A stretch of DNA of 64,000 nucleotides from contig NIVC01000911.1 of the NCBI GenBank assembly GCA_002269645.1, forward strand, positions 310,001 to 374,000, written 5' to 3'. Each line of letters opens with the position of its first letter. The first letter of the stretch is position 1. Made by a program: the position numbers and the translations under genes. The notes beneath the pieces are model-generated. The model was given only the letters and a program-made list of their open reading frames with translations. It searched no databases and was not told the origin of the DNA. This document shows, piece after piece, positions 34,720-47,136 of this stretch. Source of the DNA: Macrostomum lignano. Taxonomy: Eukaryota.

Positions 34720-35198
34720 CTGCTCTGCGCAGGGCCCTGCTTGAACTCAACCGCAGGGACACTAGGGCGGTGAGTCGTGACCATGGCCCTTCGGGTCATG
34801 GCTGTTTTTTCAGGCATCGTCACCTCCAACTCCAGGGAAAAATCCGCAACGAGGAATGCCTTTTCTGTCTCTACGGTGTCGAGAATGCTGAGCACTTCAT
34901 CTGTGAATACCCCGCCTTTACCCAGGACAGGCTCAACCACTTCTGCTCAAAACCGGACCTCTCTAAAGTTTTCAGGCCCGAGAACCTCTGCCAGCTCATC
35001 CGCTACCTAAGGGCCATCGGGCGAGCGACCATCCACCTCCTGGACTCTCTGGAGGGGAACCGCGCTGCGGACAACGGCACCACCGAACTTCCTAACTACC
35101 ATTAGCTTCCAGTGGTAGCCAGGGGTTAGCAAAATGGGCGGCAACGCCTCCTAGCTGCATCCGGATGCACGGAGCCCCCGTGCAGCTAAGTAAAGTAA
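34720..35198 (+). mobile_element. 5'-truncated non-LTR retrotransposon (Loa/R1/I-like C-terminal CCHC region) with 10-bp TSD
   Basis: GH...[32 protein letters not shown] resembles the C-terminal Cys-His motif of I/R1/Loa ORF2. taagtaaagtaa tail. Direct repeat gtgcatcacc at 34710-34719 and 35199-35208. Confidence 0.7.
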
Positions 35199-37192
35199 GT
35201 GCATCACCTTGTTGTGTACAAATCAAGAATTTAGTTTTTGCCCTTTGTTTACTTAAGTACGGCCGTAAGTTACGGACGATAAAGAATGAATAGGAAGCCA
35301 GGACCATGATTCTTAGATTCTGGGTTTATGGTTTAGTCAGCTTCAGTATTCAAATCAAAAAGGTCAGCTTGGAAAAAAGTATTCGACTGGCTCTGAAGCT
35401 GGCCGTGCAATTCGCGCCCATCATGAGGTATTCCACTCGTAAATAGCTCGTATATAAACATCCACAAATATTATTGCAAATCATTGCTTGATTTGCTTAA
35501 CATTTGATAAATTGAATTATAACTACATTGCTGGATATTGACGTCGTACGTCGGCTATGTACAGGTACATAGTTATCAGGGACATTGATAAACGCCGGGG
35601 AGCGCGTCGGATTGCTGTATGGGTCTAGAGGTGCTGGCCTTGGCGATATGCGCATCGTCTTTCTGTCTCCAAGAGCTTGAAACCTGAATGCAGAGATGAT
35701 TAGATCCCGACTGGAAATGGTGTTCCATTAAAAAAAAGCGGCAAAATGAGTAAAAACCTAAATTTATTAACCATTTCATCTTTTGTCGCTTCATCCGCTG
35801 TTTCAAGGATGCTTAGTGCAGGCGCAAGCAGATCGCTTCGACGGAACCGCTTCTCTCGTATGACATTACGTGCGTAACATGTTTACAGTGACGTCTGTTG
35901 TATCACGTTCTTGTGCTATGACAACAACATCCCAATTCTTTTCACCATACTACTTGGATCAGCACTTGCAGTTAAGGGTACTAGTTTTCCCAACTGCTCC
36001 AGTGTCCAGAAAACATTGGTTCCCAACCCAGGATGTAGTGCGTTTCATCAACTTTAATAACTTCTTTGTCCCGAACAGAATAACAACATGTATTTCCTAT
36101 TGGCTCTTCTAAGCTGTGAATAGAACAATATTTAAGCATTCATAAGCGCGGACTACTTTAGTAAAAATAAACGACAAATAAGTAGTCCGTCAAATTGAAG
36201 ACAAAGCTGACACTGGAAAATTATGTTTTATATTTTTTCGATGAATTGGTTCTGAATGCATGAATGCATGAATGCATGAACCTACATGTACGTGATCATA
36301 GTTGTAGAAGCGATTCCAAGATTCTAGAAAGTACCCTAGCTAATGTTTAAAGTTCAAACTTTTACAATAATTTCGGTCCAAAGAAGCACGGAAGTACCTT
36401 TGGGTACCCATGGAGACCAACCAGAGCAATATATGAAACCGCAAACGTGCGAGCTGACACAGACTGCTGCATTTTTGATAGGCCAATACCAATGGAAGGC
36501 GCCTAGACGTTTACAAAATGGCACTGCATGTGCATGCACATGTTGCATGTATTATATGTTGTAGGATATAAAATAAACATATGGAATGCTTATTTTCTGA
36601 GCGAAAAGCCGTAAATATCAATAGAGCTATAAGAGAGGGAAGACATATCTAATGGAAATTGTGTCTGCCTCCAACAAGAGGTGTGCTGGAAAAATGAAAC
36701 CCTATTTCCATCTATGTATATTTCCTTATTTTACAGGTTTTTTCCTAACTATAAAACCTGTCTCCTAAAATTTTGCAAGAAACTACGTAGTTTCCTGTAC
36801 TTGCAGAGTAGTTCTTGAAACTACATTGACGCACGAAATGTAAACGGATGATTGTTGCATTGTAAGGTTAAGTTAAAGATTATAAGTTGTAAGGAGAAAG
36901 GGCACCACAAATGCCATGATGCTGTCCGCTGTGCGCAAAGTGCGATTATCCTGGGACGACTACCGATTAATAGCCTTCTATCTCCGCAGTTGCATCCTTG
37001 GTACCTTTTGGGCTATTTGGAGGGTGTATTTTATGCCTAAAAGCGTGAAATACATATAATACGCGTAGCAACCATGGGTTGTAAATTAGATAGCTCGAGT
37101 TGGACTTGAAAAACAGTCACCAATTATCGGCTTCAGTGTGCATGTTCGGCGGTCAGATCTTGACTCAGAAAGTATACATGTAGAGGGATTAC

Positions 37193-37384
37193 TGTAGCGA
37201 GCAACTCCGGCTATTGTTTGCGAGTGTTGGTTAGAGAAGTAGAAGGTGGCTGTGCCTGTGTATTTATTGTCTGACAGAACAGATTTCCGCTTTCATTGAG
37301 TGCGCGTGAGGATGTGCTCTAGTAAGGGAGTGGATAGGCTGGGCCAGTTCGTCACAGAGTGCGAACTGGCTTTCCCCGAACTGC
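37193..37384 (-). repeat. 3' LTR (portion homologous to the 5' LTR)
   Basis: Aligns by eye with 41798-42011. Contains aataaa. Preceded on the minus strand by the purine tract gagggagagg. Confidence 0.7.
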
Positions 37385-37469
37385 CTCTCCCTCGTCTGGT
37401 AGATTGAAACCTGGGGTGCGGGTTTGGCTCATGTTACGCGTGATCAAGGAATCAAAGTGTCAGTCTGAG

Positions 37470-40400
37470 TCAATAGTCAGTCATTGCTGCTGTCCCGTCT
37501 GATGTCCGGAGCCTTTCGCCAGTCGCCCTCTTCGTAGCGTTTTGGCGTCTCTTTAGCTTGTCGGGGGTGCGGCCTGTTGGCGAGCGGGACGTCCTGGTCG
37601 GCGGTTGGCTCGTATGGGCCGGTTGGTTCGTCCGGCTGGCTGTCCTGTCCGCTGTCTCGTTCCTCGTGGCCGTCTGGCCAATCGTCGGCTGCCTGGGAGG
37701 CTCGCTTGACGTGGGTGGCGTGCCTGGAGCACCTTTGGCCGGCCCGCTGGAGCTGCAGGGTGTTGCCGCAGACTTTTGCCACGGTCCACGGCGAGGCCTC
37801 GAAGAAGGGGTTGGTCTTTCTGCGGTTGGTGAGCCGGCGGAAGACGAGGTCACCCTCGGTGATTTCGTGGTCGGTGGCGCCCCTCTTGCTGTCTGCGAAT
37901 GCCTTCATCCGCTCCTTTGCCCTGGAGTCGTGGCCGCGGACGGTCTGTCGCCTGGCGTCAACCGGTCGGGAGTAGTGCAGGCTGGGGGATCGTGTCGTTG
38001 AGCTGTCGGCCGAACAGCAGGTCGGCTGGGGCCATGCCGGTTGTTGCGTGCGGTGTTCGACGGTAGGCCGCCAGGTAGTCGTCCATTGCCGTCTGCCAGT
38101 CGCTGCTCTCCAGGATCGCCGCTCTGATTGCCTTATTGAGGCCCCGGTTGCATCGCTCCACGAGTCCGTTGGCTTAAGGGTGCAGCGGTGTAGTCCGATG
38201 GTGGTGGATGCCCTGACTGCTCAAGAAGGCGTTGAACTCAGCAGACGAGAATGGCGGGCCGTTGTCGGTGGTCATCTTGACTGGTTGGCCAAACGTGCTG
38301 AACTACTGGCGGAGGGTTCGGATGACCGGGACTGCTGCTGTCGACCCCGCCATTGTCTGTATCAGTGGAAAACGTGAAAAAGTCGGTGCACACCAGCAGC
38401 ATGTGGCCTCTGATCGGTTCCAGGAACTCCAAGCCCAACTCTCGCCAGGGCCCCTGCGGCAACTCAGTAGGCTGGATTGGTGCTGCCTTCAGCTCAGCTA
38501 TGTTCGTGCAGGCCTTGCAGCTGAGACAGGAGTTTACAAAATTCTCGACGGAGGCCTGCATAGAAGGCCACCAGACCTTTGTCTGCAGGCGTGCCAAGGA
38601 TTTTTGGACACCCAGGTGGCCTTGGTGCTCCAGATGCAGGCAGCGGTAGCGCAGAATGTCGGGAACGACGATTTGGTGCCCTTTGAGCAGGAGTCCGTCG
38701 TGCTGTGAGAGCTCGTACCGCAGGCTGTGTAGGCTGCGCGTGTCGTGGCTTTCGAGTTGCCACCGCTGGGACTGGGCCCGGATACGGCGGCTTGGATCGC
38801 CCTGGCGCCTCCGGAGGCCGCCTTGATCGTGTCGGGGCTGATGCTGTTCGGTGCCGCTGCCTAAGCCGTCATTGCGCTGTAGGCCGTGTCGAGATCTTCG
38901 CCCTCGTTGTTCGGCGGTGTTGGACGTGGCTGGCGGCTCAGGACATCCGCCGGGTTGTCTGCCCCTGGTGGGTAGGTGACTTTGAAGTGGAGCTCCTGCA
39001 GCTGAAGTGCCATGCGCTCGATCTGCGGCGGGGGCCGAGAACCAGGGCTGAGCAGGCTGACTAGCGGCTTGTGGTCGGTGAAAACCTTGAACTTTGGGCA
39101 GCCGCTAAGGTAGTGGTGGGATTTGAGGCAGCCGAATTTGATGGCCAGCGCCTCCCTCTCTGTCTGCGAGTAGCGCTGCTCTGTGTCACTGGCGTAGGCT
39201 GGCGTAGGTGATTGGCTTGGTGACACCGCTCGGTTGCATCTAGGCGAGGATCGGCCCGAGGCCGGTCGGCTGGCCTGGTCTCGCAGTTTTTGTTGAAGAA
39301 GGCAAGCGTGGTGCTGTGTGCGATCGACTGCATGATGGAATGGAAGGCAGAGGCTTGCTGTGGGCCCCAAGACCACTGCACGTTCTCCTTGGTCAGCTCT
39401 CGAAGGGGCCTCGCTTTGTCGGCGAGATTTGGGATGAAGCGGACTACGAATGTGACGAGTCCGCGAGGAAGGACCGCACCTCCGTTGCATTTTCTGGTCG
39501 CTTGAAGTTGGCCACAGCCTCCAGCTTTTCCTCGGTCGGTTAGATTCCGGCCGCCGAGAGGCGCATGGCCAGGAAGTCGGCCTGCTGGGTCGCAATGCGG
39601 CATTTGCGGGGGTTCAGAGTCACGTTGTGTTGGCGCAGCCTGTCAAGGCAGTTGCGCAGCCGCTCGTTGTGCTCTCAGCTTAGGGTGCTGGCAAAGATGA
39701 TTGACGTGACGCGAAAGCCAGGAGCTGATTGTTGTTTAATAACGAATGTGAATGCTTGCGATATATTTGTAGGATAGCCAAAGTTACTTGACGAGCTAAA
39801 GACCGAGAGCAATAGCTTAAATATTGTAAATATTAAATTTCACTGATGCACTGGCTAAATGAGTGGGGAGAGTACAAAATGGTAGAGACTTAAGGGGCAG
39901 ATCGCAAGCTGCAACCAAAGTGACCAAGCGAAGTTAAGCAGACAAACCCCGCACAGTTACCATTACCAATCAACCGTCACTTCAATGATGATGTCGTCAT
40001 GGACCCACCGCACGCCCCTCAAACCGCTCAGGATGGAAGTCATGACGCGCTGTAGGATTTTTGATGCTGAAGTAAATCCCATGCAAAGACGCTTGAGGCG
40101 AAGCAGGCCCAGAGGTGTTGAGAAGGTGAGGAGGTGACGTGACTTCTCGCTGACCTCGATCTGGTGGAAGGCCTTGGCAACGTCCTGTTCGGAAAAGTAG
40201 GTGGAGCCGGCCATCTCATCTGTGACTTCCTCAAATGTCGGTATTGGCTGCTTTTCTGGAACGACGTACTTATTGACGTCCCTCAGGTCCTGTGTGATGC
40301 GGATCTCACCTGGCGAGGCCTTCGGACAGATCAACATACGTGAACTCCAGGCACTGGGCCCCGTCACTCGCTCCAGGATGCTGGCTGCTAGCTGGTCTTT

Positions 40401-40900
40401 CAGCTTTTTTCCACTGCGGTTCGAAGATGCACCTTGACTAGGGACGGAGGGTGGCAGACTGGCACCGCTTCTTCTTTCAGCTGGATGCTGACTGAGACGC
40501 CCTTGATGCAGCCAATTCCTTGAAACCTGTCGCTGAACTCCTTCATGATTTATGAATCTTGCGGAAAGTGCAGGTCGTTGACTGTTGGTGTCAGTCCGGC
40601 GGTGAGAGCTGTCTCAGCCTGCGGTCCGACCCTCAGCATCCCCATCTGCGTGCTTGTCCCGCGGCATAGATGGTGATGCAGTCCTCTCTGATGACGATGA
40701 AGCGCACTCACTCCGAGTTCCCGTTGATCTTCGTGTGCAGAGTGATCTGGCCAGCGGGTGTCAGGGGTCTCGCTGCTCCAAGAGGATAGACCCTTGTGTG
40801 TATGGGCTGCAGCGCCAGCTCGGGTGCTCCCGTTAGACGAAGTGTCCGCTGGCTGAGCACGTTGCAGCTCGCGCCGCTGTCGATCAGGACGGGTCGTTCG
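37470..40900 (-). pseudogene. pol: Gypsy pol (PR-RT-RNaseH-IN), frameshifted
   Basis: Motifs are spread over several minus-strand ORFs (39963-40367, 38861-39595, 38238-38597, 37958-38161, 37477-37908). Confidence 0.85.
39702..39984. mobile_element. Solo LTR of an unrelated family inserted in the RT gene
   Basis: TGACGTGACG...CGTCACTTCA termini (9/10 inverted match) and 5-bp TSD ATGAT (39697-39701, 39985-39989). The RT reading DDII|IFAS resumes after it. Confidence 0.75.
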
Positions 40901-41780
40901 AGCCGTTGATGACCGCTTTGAAGGTGGCGCTTCTGCGGCTGGGGTTCGAGGCTGGAGAATGCGCCACTGCCGGTTCCTCTGGTTTAGGCTCTGTCATGTT
41001 GATGCGTGCGCGGCCGCTTAGGCAGGCCTTCGCCAGGTGGTGCAGCTTGCCGCAGTTGCTGCCGCGCTTGCCTTGGGCCCGGTTGCAAGTGCGGTGGCCG
41101 GGCTCTCCGCACCTCAGGCATTTTCGGCCGGGCTTGCTGGCGGGCGCCTTGCGGGGCGCTTGTCGCGAGCCGCATGCACTTCTTCACCTGGTCCGGCTGC
41201 TGGGCGCTCCATGGCCGCCTGCTGGCTGGCTGCTTCGTTTGTTCTCGCCAGCTGGGGGCCTCTGGGAGGCTGATGTTGGGCACGTTCCTGAGCAGCCGCT
41301 TTCGGAGGGAGTCGCTACGGCAGCAGGCGACGATCTGGTCGCGGATGAGAAACAGCTGGCGCAGCTCTCCGAACTAGCAGGCCCCAGCCGCGTTGCACAG
41401 TCGGATGTACCACCTGTTGATGGCTTCCCCGTCCACTGAGCTGCGTGCACTGGCGGAATTGGTACCGGGTGAACACGACGTTGTCGCGTCCTTGAAAGTG
41501 CTGAGTTAGCGCCGCTATGAGTGAGTCGAGCGTTTGCTGCTCCGGCCTGTCAGTTGCTGGCCGTGTCGCTGAGATCTCTTTAAAATGTCCGAGACCTCTT
41601 TTCCCGCAGTGTACAGGAGAATTTCCTGCTTCTGGGCGTCGTCAGACACTCCTGATGCTGCAGGAATCGCTTTAGTGTGGTCGCCCACTCTTTCCAGCGC
41701 TTGCTGACGGTGTGAGAGTCCGCGCTGACGCTGAATGCGGATTGCGGCTGTAGCTGTAGTAGCGCAATTTGGTTCTGGTT
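40900..41780 (-). pseudogene. gag: Gypsy gag, frameshifted
   Basis: SKRWKEW..., AQKQEILLYTAGKEVSDIL, CLRCGEPGHRTC and NCGKLHHLAKAC knuckles. Confidence 0.75.
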
Positions 41781-41797
41781 TGCGATGCCAACGTACA

Positions 41798-42037
41798 TGA
41801 AGCGAGAAACTTCGGCTAATGTTTGCAAGTGTTTGCAAGTGTTGGTTAGCCACTCAAAAGGGTGAAGTAGAAGGTGGCTTTGCCTGTGTATTTATTGTCT
41901 GACTGAACTGATTTACGGTTCATTGAGTGCGCGTGGAAATGTGCTCTGTAGTAAGGGAGTGGATAGGCTGGGGCGGGGTCACAGAGTGCGAACTGGCTGT
42001 CTCCGAACTGCATGCCTCACTGCGTGCGCATGCAACA
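41798..42037 (-). repeat. 5' LTR
   Basis: Minus strand TGTTGC...CTTCA, followed after a few nt by a TGGCATC PBS-like sequence. Confidence 0.7.
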
Positions 42038-42139
42038 ATTACCATGAAGTGCATGCACATACATGTACTCTACAAAATATAAAAGTGCTCCGTTGATCCC
42101 ATCCATAGAAATATATATGTATATGATATCAATTTTAAC

Positions 42140-43972
42140 GATACAAACCAAAATGAGGAGTAGTAGGCATGTAGCCTCATTAGACCGGCATCGTGGAATT
42201 CAAAAGGGTTTCCATTCGGTAAATCGCTGAGGCGAAGAAGGACTCGATATGTTCGAGATGTGTGCCTCGAAAACACAACGGACATAAATATCCACGACGG
42301 TTGCCAGTTGCCGAATTTCTTTTGTCAGTTCCTTGGCTGCTTTTCTTGCCGGAATTTCCAGCAGCGCATCAATTGAGGCAGCTGCGATGCAATGATTCAA
42401 GCTCTAACCACGTATCACCGTCAAAATTCTCAAGAAGCGTGTGTTGCACCTGGATGTTTTGGATATAGCTTTCAGACTGCTGTACATGAAATGGTCCCAC
42501 ACTTACTTCCTGAAGGTTGTCTATCTCAATTCGAGGAAAGCCTGTGGACTCTGGATCTAGCACATCGACTGGTGACCAGCGCCTCGACCCTTCGATAGGA
42601 GTTCGGGTCACGTCACACAGGTAGTTCACACCTTCAATCGGATCGAATTCGTTGCTGAGAAACATACGCCTGGTAAAATTCTGACCAAACTCAAAAAGTG
42701 AGCTGTCATTCCATGACTTTGGCAGCGTTTTATTCAGTGGGAATCCAATGTGCGAGCGGTTGTATTTGGCAATACAGTTGTCGATAATGACATCTAGCCG
42801 ACTAGATGTACTGAATTCAGCTGGCTGCTGCCACTGGTATGGCTCATGCCGCTCATTACGAGCGTATTACACCTGTTCTGCTTGATTGCAGCGAACGCGC
42901 ACTCAACAAAAAAGCGGAAAAGCGTAGCCAGCCTACTGGTATTTGACTCAATAGAAGTCAGTTTTCCGTGAACGGGACGATCCTCAGCCGATACTAGATT
43001 CTTTACGTAGCAAAATCGATCATTAAGTATTGGATCGCCGGGTCCGAGAGGAAACGATAGGAGCGTGTTTCCTCGACTATTTGATTCAGTCAGATCGTGG
43101 AAACTCTTGCCCGATGAATCAGTGCAGCGTGGTGAACTGTAACCGCGGTCAAATATCGCCACGACTCGATACCCTGGCACATTGGCACAGAGTAGTTTTG
43201 TTAGTGCAGCTGGATTGAGATGCTCTCACTCCATCTCTATCTGGTAGGCCGTCAGATTTCCATCACTGAGGGCAGGAGATATGGATCCGCAGAGCGGTGC
43301 TGCGTAAACTACCTTGCCAGTCGCATTCACTACGACCAGTTTCTTTAAAACGTTGCTACTCTTCGGAGCATAGTATGTGCGTTTCTGCAGATGGTGCTGG
43401 CCGCCTTTACCGATGAAAAAGTACGTATGGTCACCGATAAACAAAACAAGCTGCTTATTCCGAACGTATCGTTCAAAAACACCTGCAAAAAATTCGTCCC
43501 TAACAACGTTCGTCTCCAGGATCGTCTCAATCGGAGCACATGACAGTAGCCTTGGTTGAAAAGGGTCGTTGATGTAGTGATCCTTGGCCACCTCCCAAAA
43601 GACTTCACAAGCGCGGCGCGCAGAAATGTTGAAATCGTTTCCTATGGCTTCAAAGCTGACGCCATGGCGGAGTTTTTTCAGGTAAAGAAATACTCTGTTC
43701 TCTTGACTTAGAAATCTAGTGCGTACTGAGCCAGAGATGAGGCTTTTGAAGCTGTCAAAGTTCTCTCGAGACATTCCGACGACTTTCTCAAAGCGCTTGT
43801 CAGCCAAAAGTTCCAGCGCATCTCTCACATCTGCGAATGACTTGCAGGAGCCAAAGGAAGTCGCTTTCTTTAAAACCGAACACCTGGTTGTCTGCTGATG
43901 TTTCTTGAGGCTGAATTCAGTGCTGAACTGTTTACCACATCGATGGCATGCCCAGTCCAGTTTATGACAAAG
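42140..43972 (-). pseudogene. Degenerate ISL2EU/PIF-Harbinger-type DDE transposase with N-terminal zinc finger
   Basis: CHRCGKQFSTEFSLKKHQQTTRC zinc finger; HTH-like VFLYLKKLRHGVSFEAIGNDFNIS; catalytic IGDHT, IFDRGY and RFFVECAF; FPRIEIDNL..VSVGPFHV and VFSRHTSRTYRV C-terminal motifs. In-frame TGA at 43226-43228 plus frameshifts. Confidence 0.75.
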
Positions 43973-44569
43973 CTAAGTTACATAGATTGAAAAGTGAAGG
44001 AAACAATGAGCCGCAAGAGTCGATCAGAAAATGTGCATCACCAAATTATTGCACGCATAGATTTCGAAATATAAATGGCTAATGGTCACGCACTTTAGAG
44101 TCCAGCATGCTGTCTTGAAGGCTACTGACAAGCGTTTTTGACATAAAATACATTCTGCCCAAATACTTTAACACTTTTATAATGATAATAGCAGTATTAT
44201 TAACACACTCAGCGTCGGCCATACAAATGTACATGGAGTGCACATATGGGTTGCGGGATTCAGATTGCGTAATCGATACTTAAATGCTCGTTGCCCAGCA
44301 AAAAGAAATTTCAAGGTGTCAGGGCAATAAAAGTGAAGAACACTCATTATAAAATGATACTGGCTAGCAAAGAATTACGTGCACATATGGGTGCGGGATA
44401 TAATGAGGCTGCCTCGATTAATGAGGATTTCAATATTAGGTCCATAAGATTTAGGCATATGATTACAAAGGCACAGCACCCTCTCGGCATCTCTGTTAGC
44501 CTATCTTGCCTACTGTATATCCCATCAGTACTCGAAATATGGCCCGTAAAAAATCATCAACGCAAGAGG

Positions 44570-44869
44570 GATGCGGTTTTCGACGATTCTTCTCTCATTG
44601 TCGGTCCAGTAGAGAGATCCAATAGAGAAACCGGCTCAATCGGCAACCGCTTCCATTTCAGGGCCTTAAGTTCACATGAAATCCCCATTTTTCCCCATTT
44701 ATCCCATTCAGGGAGACCAAATGATAGAGAGATGCGGTTTTCGACGATTCTTTTCTCATTGTCGGTCCAGTAGAGAGATCCGATAGAGAAACCGGCTCAA
44801 TCGGCCACCGCTTCCATTTCAGAGCCTTAAGTTCACATGAAATCCCCATTTTTCCCCATGCATTTATCC
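44570..44869. repeat. 161-bp tandem duplication
   Basis: gatgcggttttcgacgattctt... at 44570 and 44731. Confidence 0.85.
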
Positions 44870-46958
44870 CATGCGGAAGCGGCCGGGGTGGAAGAAAGAT
44901 CAATTACGCTTTTCTTGTCTATTTTGGGTCTGAATAGTGAGAATTTCGCAGCGGTTTAGTTGCTGGACTCACGGCTTCCAAATCGCGTTTAAGTTTACAT
45001 CCTCTTTCTGGCAGCATAAATGTATATAAAAATCAGTTTAAGTTTTACACTGCCTTCCCGATGTGGGAACACAATCGACACACGTCGATCATCAACGATA
45101 ATTCTATTCCTGTTATGTACATGTAGGAGTGCAAATCAAGGACCATATAGCTATGGCTAAATTTCTAAATATAGTTGGGGCGTTACTGTCTAAGGGAAGC
45201 TTAGCTCTTCAGGAAAAAAACGATTTGTTGAACGGAAAACTCGCTGCAGGAATATTATGTAGGCCGCGCTAGCTTAACAATGCTGTTTACTCAGTCTTTT
45301 AGTAGCGGTGTACGGTTATTAGTTTTCATTTAAACTTTCTTTGCCCTTTTCTCCACTGAATATTAGCACTGAAAAAACAGCTGGTCCTTTAATTGGTTGA
45401 TCCTACCATCCGGGTTGAAGTTCTTTTACGTACTAAAACAATGTAACACCTAAAGCTACTTAAATGGTGTCTTTCTGTGTATTATTGGTGGTGTATATTA
45501 TAGAAAAAGCAGTTGCTAAATTTAATAATTAATATTTTAGTCTAAAATATTATAAAAAGTTTGAACGCGTACATCTTTACGACGTGTTTTAATTCCAGTT
45601 TAATTTACTGTGCTATAAAATAATCAAACTAAGCCTAGCGTGGACCTGGACCTGCTGGTTATCACAAACCTTCGTGATAGTCATTTTAACTTTTTACAGA
45701 GCTAATTTCTTTTCAAAGTAGTGTCATCGCATTGTCTCAAAAGTTTTAGATAGCTATATATAGCTATGCAAGCATTCAGCCAGTTAGGCTTTGTGATTGC
45801 AATTGGCAGTAGGTCTCCAGTATTCCAGTAAGTAAAGGGCGCACCAAGTAAAGTAGCCTAGCCAATATCAAAAGATTGCATGACTAAGCCTACATTGATA
45901 CATTTGTGTTCGAAAATTTGTTCCAATAATTAAGTCAAGCCTAAATAATATGCATGTGATGTAAGAGGATTGCAATCAATAATTTTTCACTATATTTGCA
46001 ATTTTGCTATTGTGGGGCCTAATACTATATAGTGTAGGACCAAGACCGCCACACTTGAGGACCTGGGGAGGAATTTGGCTCAATGTGTTATTGGATGGTG
46101 CTAAATAAGATATGAGTGGGTAGAAGAGGGAGAGCCAGTAGGACAAGGCTACGAGACTAACAAGAGAGGAACCCATGAGAGGAATAAATGCTAGAAGATT
46201 GGTAGGCCTAGCTCCACCTCAATACCAGTAGCCAGTAATAGCTGATTAGCTGTGGCAGTCTTGATGTGTGGTGGTCTTAGTCATGCGCCAAGGAATTATC
46301 CAAATTATACACTTTTTTCCCTTTATTGATTGTCGCTGAATTTGCCTAGGCCCCCTAGATTTTTGCCAAATTTGCTTTTGCCAAATTGGTTCATTGTGAA
46401 TCTCTATTGCCAAATTTGTTTGTCTCCAAATTGGTTAGCACTCATTAAATGTAATAAATAGATATTGAATACAAAAGACAATAAGAATATGTTGAAATAG
46501 GGACATTGCAATTTAAAGTAGAGAATTTAGTGAATATAAATGGCAAAAGTAACTAGGGCCTATGTCTTTTATAGTTAAATGCAATAATATAATCTAATTA
46601 GTGCTATATTTATATTTTTTGATAGGTATTTTTTATAACTTGCCTTGACTAGGCCAAGTTAGCCAAGTGCTAGGGGCCTAAATGTATATAATTTTATTAT
46701 AGGACCCATAGCCTAGGCATAAGTATCAGAATAGGGGAAGGGGCTAGGGTCTTTTTGTCTACCTTTGCAATTGCATTCTCCTAATAAGTTTTGTCAATAG
46801 TATTAATAATGTACACTTATAATATATTTGATTATACACTTACTTGATGCTTGGTCACCTGTATCTCTAATTATATAGGCCTACATGACCTTATTGATTG
46901 TTATACACTTTTTGGTTGATTAAAACTTAATACTAGACTCTAAAAAGTTATATATGTA

Positions 46959-47136
46959 CATGGGCAGCGAGAGCTTGCAGCACCAAAAACATGCGCCCCC
47001 CCCCAGAAAATGAGTCCACCCAGTAATTTTTAGTGCTCTTTTTTATTTTAGGCCCTAATTAGCAGTTACAAAAGTACCTGTGCCCCCCTTGCCCTGTGCC
47101 TGGTGCCCCCTTAAAATATTAGGCTCCGCCGCCCCT
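46959..47136. mobile_element. Possible small MITE in a TA-rich site
   Basis: Imperfect TIRs atgggcagcgagagc / gctccgccgcccct. GC-rich island between (TA)n tracts. Confidence 0.35.

Larger units (their letters stand above)
37193..42037 (-). mobile_element. Degenerate Ty3/Gypsy LTR retrotransposon (Mag-like)
   Basis: TG...CA ends flanked by ATTAC (37188-37192, 42038-42042). Domain order gag (two CCHC-like knuckles), PR (LIDSGASCN), RT (VHDDII), RNase H (YSQTEREALA, FTDHKPL), IN (GHLG...CLSC; YRRTPHATTG). Many frameshifts. Confidence 0.88.

Noticed and set aside
35340-36120. Possible downstream TIR-domain exons of receptor copy 2 or another gene
   Set aside because: Reading the frames by eye showed no recognisable motif, and they contain frequent stops.
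37553-41439. Plus-strand GC-rich ORFs within the LTR element
   Set aside because: They are antisense shadows of gag/pol with no recognisable domains.
44291-44773. Second ORF of the ISL2EU element (e.g. YqaJ-like nuclease)
   Set aside because: No nuclease motifs are visible, and the ORF runs into a 161-bp tandem duplication.
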